64,000 bases of DNA. It comes from Phoronis australis. Its lineage: Eukaryota; Animalia; Phoronida. The position numbers were made by a program, and so were the translations under genes. The notes beneath the pieces are model-generated. The model was not told the origin of the DNA. It saw only the letters and a list, made by a program, of their open reading frames with translations, and ran no database searches. The stretch spans positions 634,789 through 698,788 of the forward strand of contig NMRA01000180.1 of assembly GCA_002633005.1 (NCBI GenBank). The letters run 5' to 3'. Positions 62,122-64,000 of the stretch are shown in pieces (position 1 is the first letter of the stretch; each line of letters opens with the position of its first letter).

Positions 62122-64000
62122 GTATGCACGAATTTGACGGTGTTAGATTTCCAAACACTGAATATTTTGTAGAAAACATATGCCGAGTTGAATAACCTTC
62201 TAGCTGTTATTCCTACTTATGTAAAACCCGTGGCGAAAACAAAATCCCATTTTAGCTGCATTTCGTTGTTTATCTGGATAGAAATTGAAAATAGATTTAT
62301 AGCCTTTCACTTTACTAACATCGCTCTTCTAATATTACGGCCTTATCGTGATGTGATTCTGTTTCCGTTACCAGTAAGGAAATTACAAGATCAAGTTTAT
62401 GAAAGTAAAACACTAATTCGAGTTTCGACTTTTAGCCAGCTGAACAGGGTGAAATGTCGCTGTAATCACTACAACATCAGTTCTTTAACATGAGAAACCG
62501 GTAAGGCAAAAGAAGCAGTCTTGGTTCTATTCTCTACCAAGACTCACTAATTTTAAGACACCAACGCGCATCAAGTTCAACCGCGGTATCTTGCTTTTTG
62601 AAAAGCTACACAAAGATACGTCAGCAAGGGTAAACAAGGTTTGAAACGCCATCATTTGCCAAACGATGAAAAAACAAACAGGTTCCAAATCATTTTTGTT
62701 CTTGTGAGGTTTATTCTCTTTCTTAAAAATGAGCAATAAAAGAATATTGCACCTCCGACTCGCGTTAAAAATAGAGACCAGAAACAATCATGTTTTTTTG
62801 AGCTGAGCAAACTTTATTGTTCAGGGTAAGTATCAGAGTAAATAAAGCTCCCTTCATGATTGAAAAAAAAATCGGTAACTAAATTGAAACCAAGGGAGTC
62901 AATAAAAAAGACATGTCATCAATTTATGATTATTCCCCCAAGCAGGAGTTTATTGATCAAATTTCCTTTAGTTAGGGGTTTGGTTTCCATTTTCTTTGAG
63001 ACTGGAGAAAATGTTAGTACTCAATCATCTCATTTTGGTATAGATTCGACGTATTCTGCGACACCTAGTGGTGTTCCTATTGAGAAGTGGACGACTGACG
63101 TCAGTTTTCATACCCGTTCGACTACAGTGGCACATCCTAGTGGCAAATGTTTGAGTCCGCGGCTGTGTCTTTTAAACTCCTTTAAGGACCTTTGTGAAGT
63201 TAAACAAACGTAATCCTATGAATGTGACAACGGATGACGACGAGTTTGGACGGATCCGACTATACCACTGTGTTACCTAGTGATAATTTTGATGTTTATA
63301 TTTTCCTCTGCATCTTTGAAGGGCCTTGGCGCTTTTTCAGGAAATTTGGCAAATACGGGTTTCTATTAAGGCGAAATTGTCATTTTCCCGTTTCAGGCGG
63401 ATTTGAGGTATTCTGAGCCACCTAGTGGCCATTTATATTTGTAAATTTTGGCGTGAACTTTCTATCATGGAAACCACTCAAAAGAACGTTATGAAATTTG
63501 ACAGATGTGTTCCCATTGGGGGGAGCACTGCTGCCGATGATTTTCAGACCGGCCCGACTGCTATGGCAATTTTCCTGTCTACCAAGCTCTTTGATGAATC
63601 TTTAAAGTCCTTCTCTCACGCGTTGTTAACCCTTATTACATGGTTAGAAGATGTTATAAGGATCCAAGAAGTACCTACCCCATAACTAATACACGATCCG
63701 TACTCGAAAACAGTGAACAATGAACGCGCAACTCACGATTCGCACCCGAAGAAACACCGCCATTTTGAACTTGCCGCGAACCCGGAATTACAATTCATTC
63801 ATGAACCCAGGCCGAGAAAACGCCGTCAGTGCGACTGGAGCAGTGCCTGTACTGTTACCGCAGTGGCGGATCTACGGGGGGGGTTCAGGGGGTTTAAGCC
63901 CCCCCTCGGGCCAGGACCCGAAAATTAAAAAAAAAACAAAAAACAAAAGCGTATCCAGCAAAACAAAAACGGCACCGCCAGCGTGTGTAAACCCCAAGTA

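Larger units (their letters stand above)
48431..63605 (+). repeat. Large direct duplicate of about 11125-28820 (segmental duplication or uncollapsed haplotype)
   Basis: Colinear, highly similar intronic and intergenic sequence with many indels (initial offset 37306). It begins at a single-N join, and homology stops at a TTAA (63602-63605). Confidence 0.92.

Overview
This is eukaryotic genomic DNA, probably from an invertebrate animal, in a draft assembly with two N-gaps and several single-N joins. It contains a head-to-tail cluster of PLAT-domain lipoxygenase (LOX) genes on the + strand. I reconstructed two complete 11-coding-exon genes by hand: LOX-A (3366-16257, about 683 aa) and LOX-B (25080-42829, about 682 aa). 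A second, diverged copy of about 11125-28820 lies at 48431-63605. It carries a disabled 3' half of LOX-A (A') and the first two exons of LOX-B (B'). Main points: (1) A has Ala and B has Gly at the Coffa stereo-determinant, predicting an S/R pair. (2) Both end in -SSIAA*, so the C-terminal iron-ligand residue is Ala rather than the usual Ile. (3) A gene-conversion-like tract stops just before the active-site helix. (4) B has a GC-AG intron. (5) A' has a dead splice acceptor and a microhomology deletion of its C-terminus. Introns and intergenic DNA are rich in non-autonomous transposons, a decayed LINE and a THAP-bearing TIR element. All models were made by eye; no searches were run.
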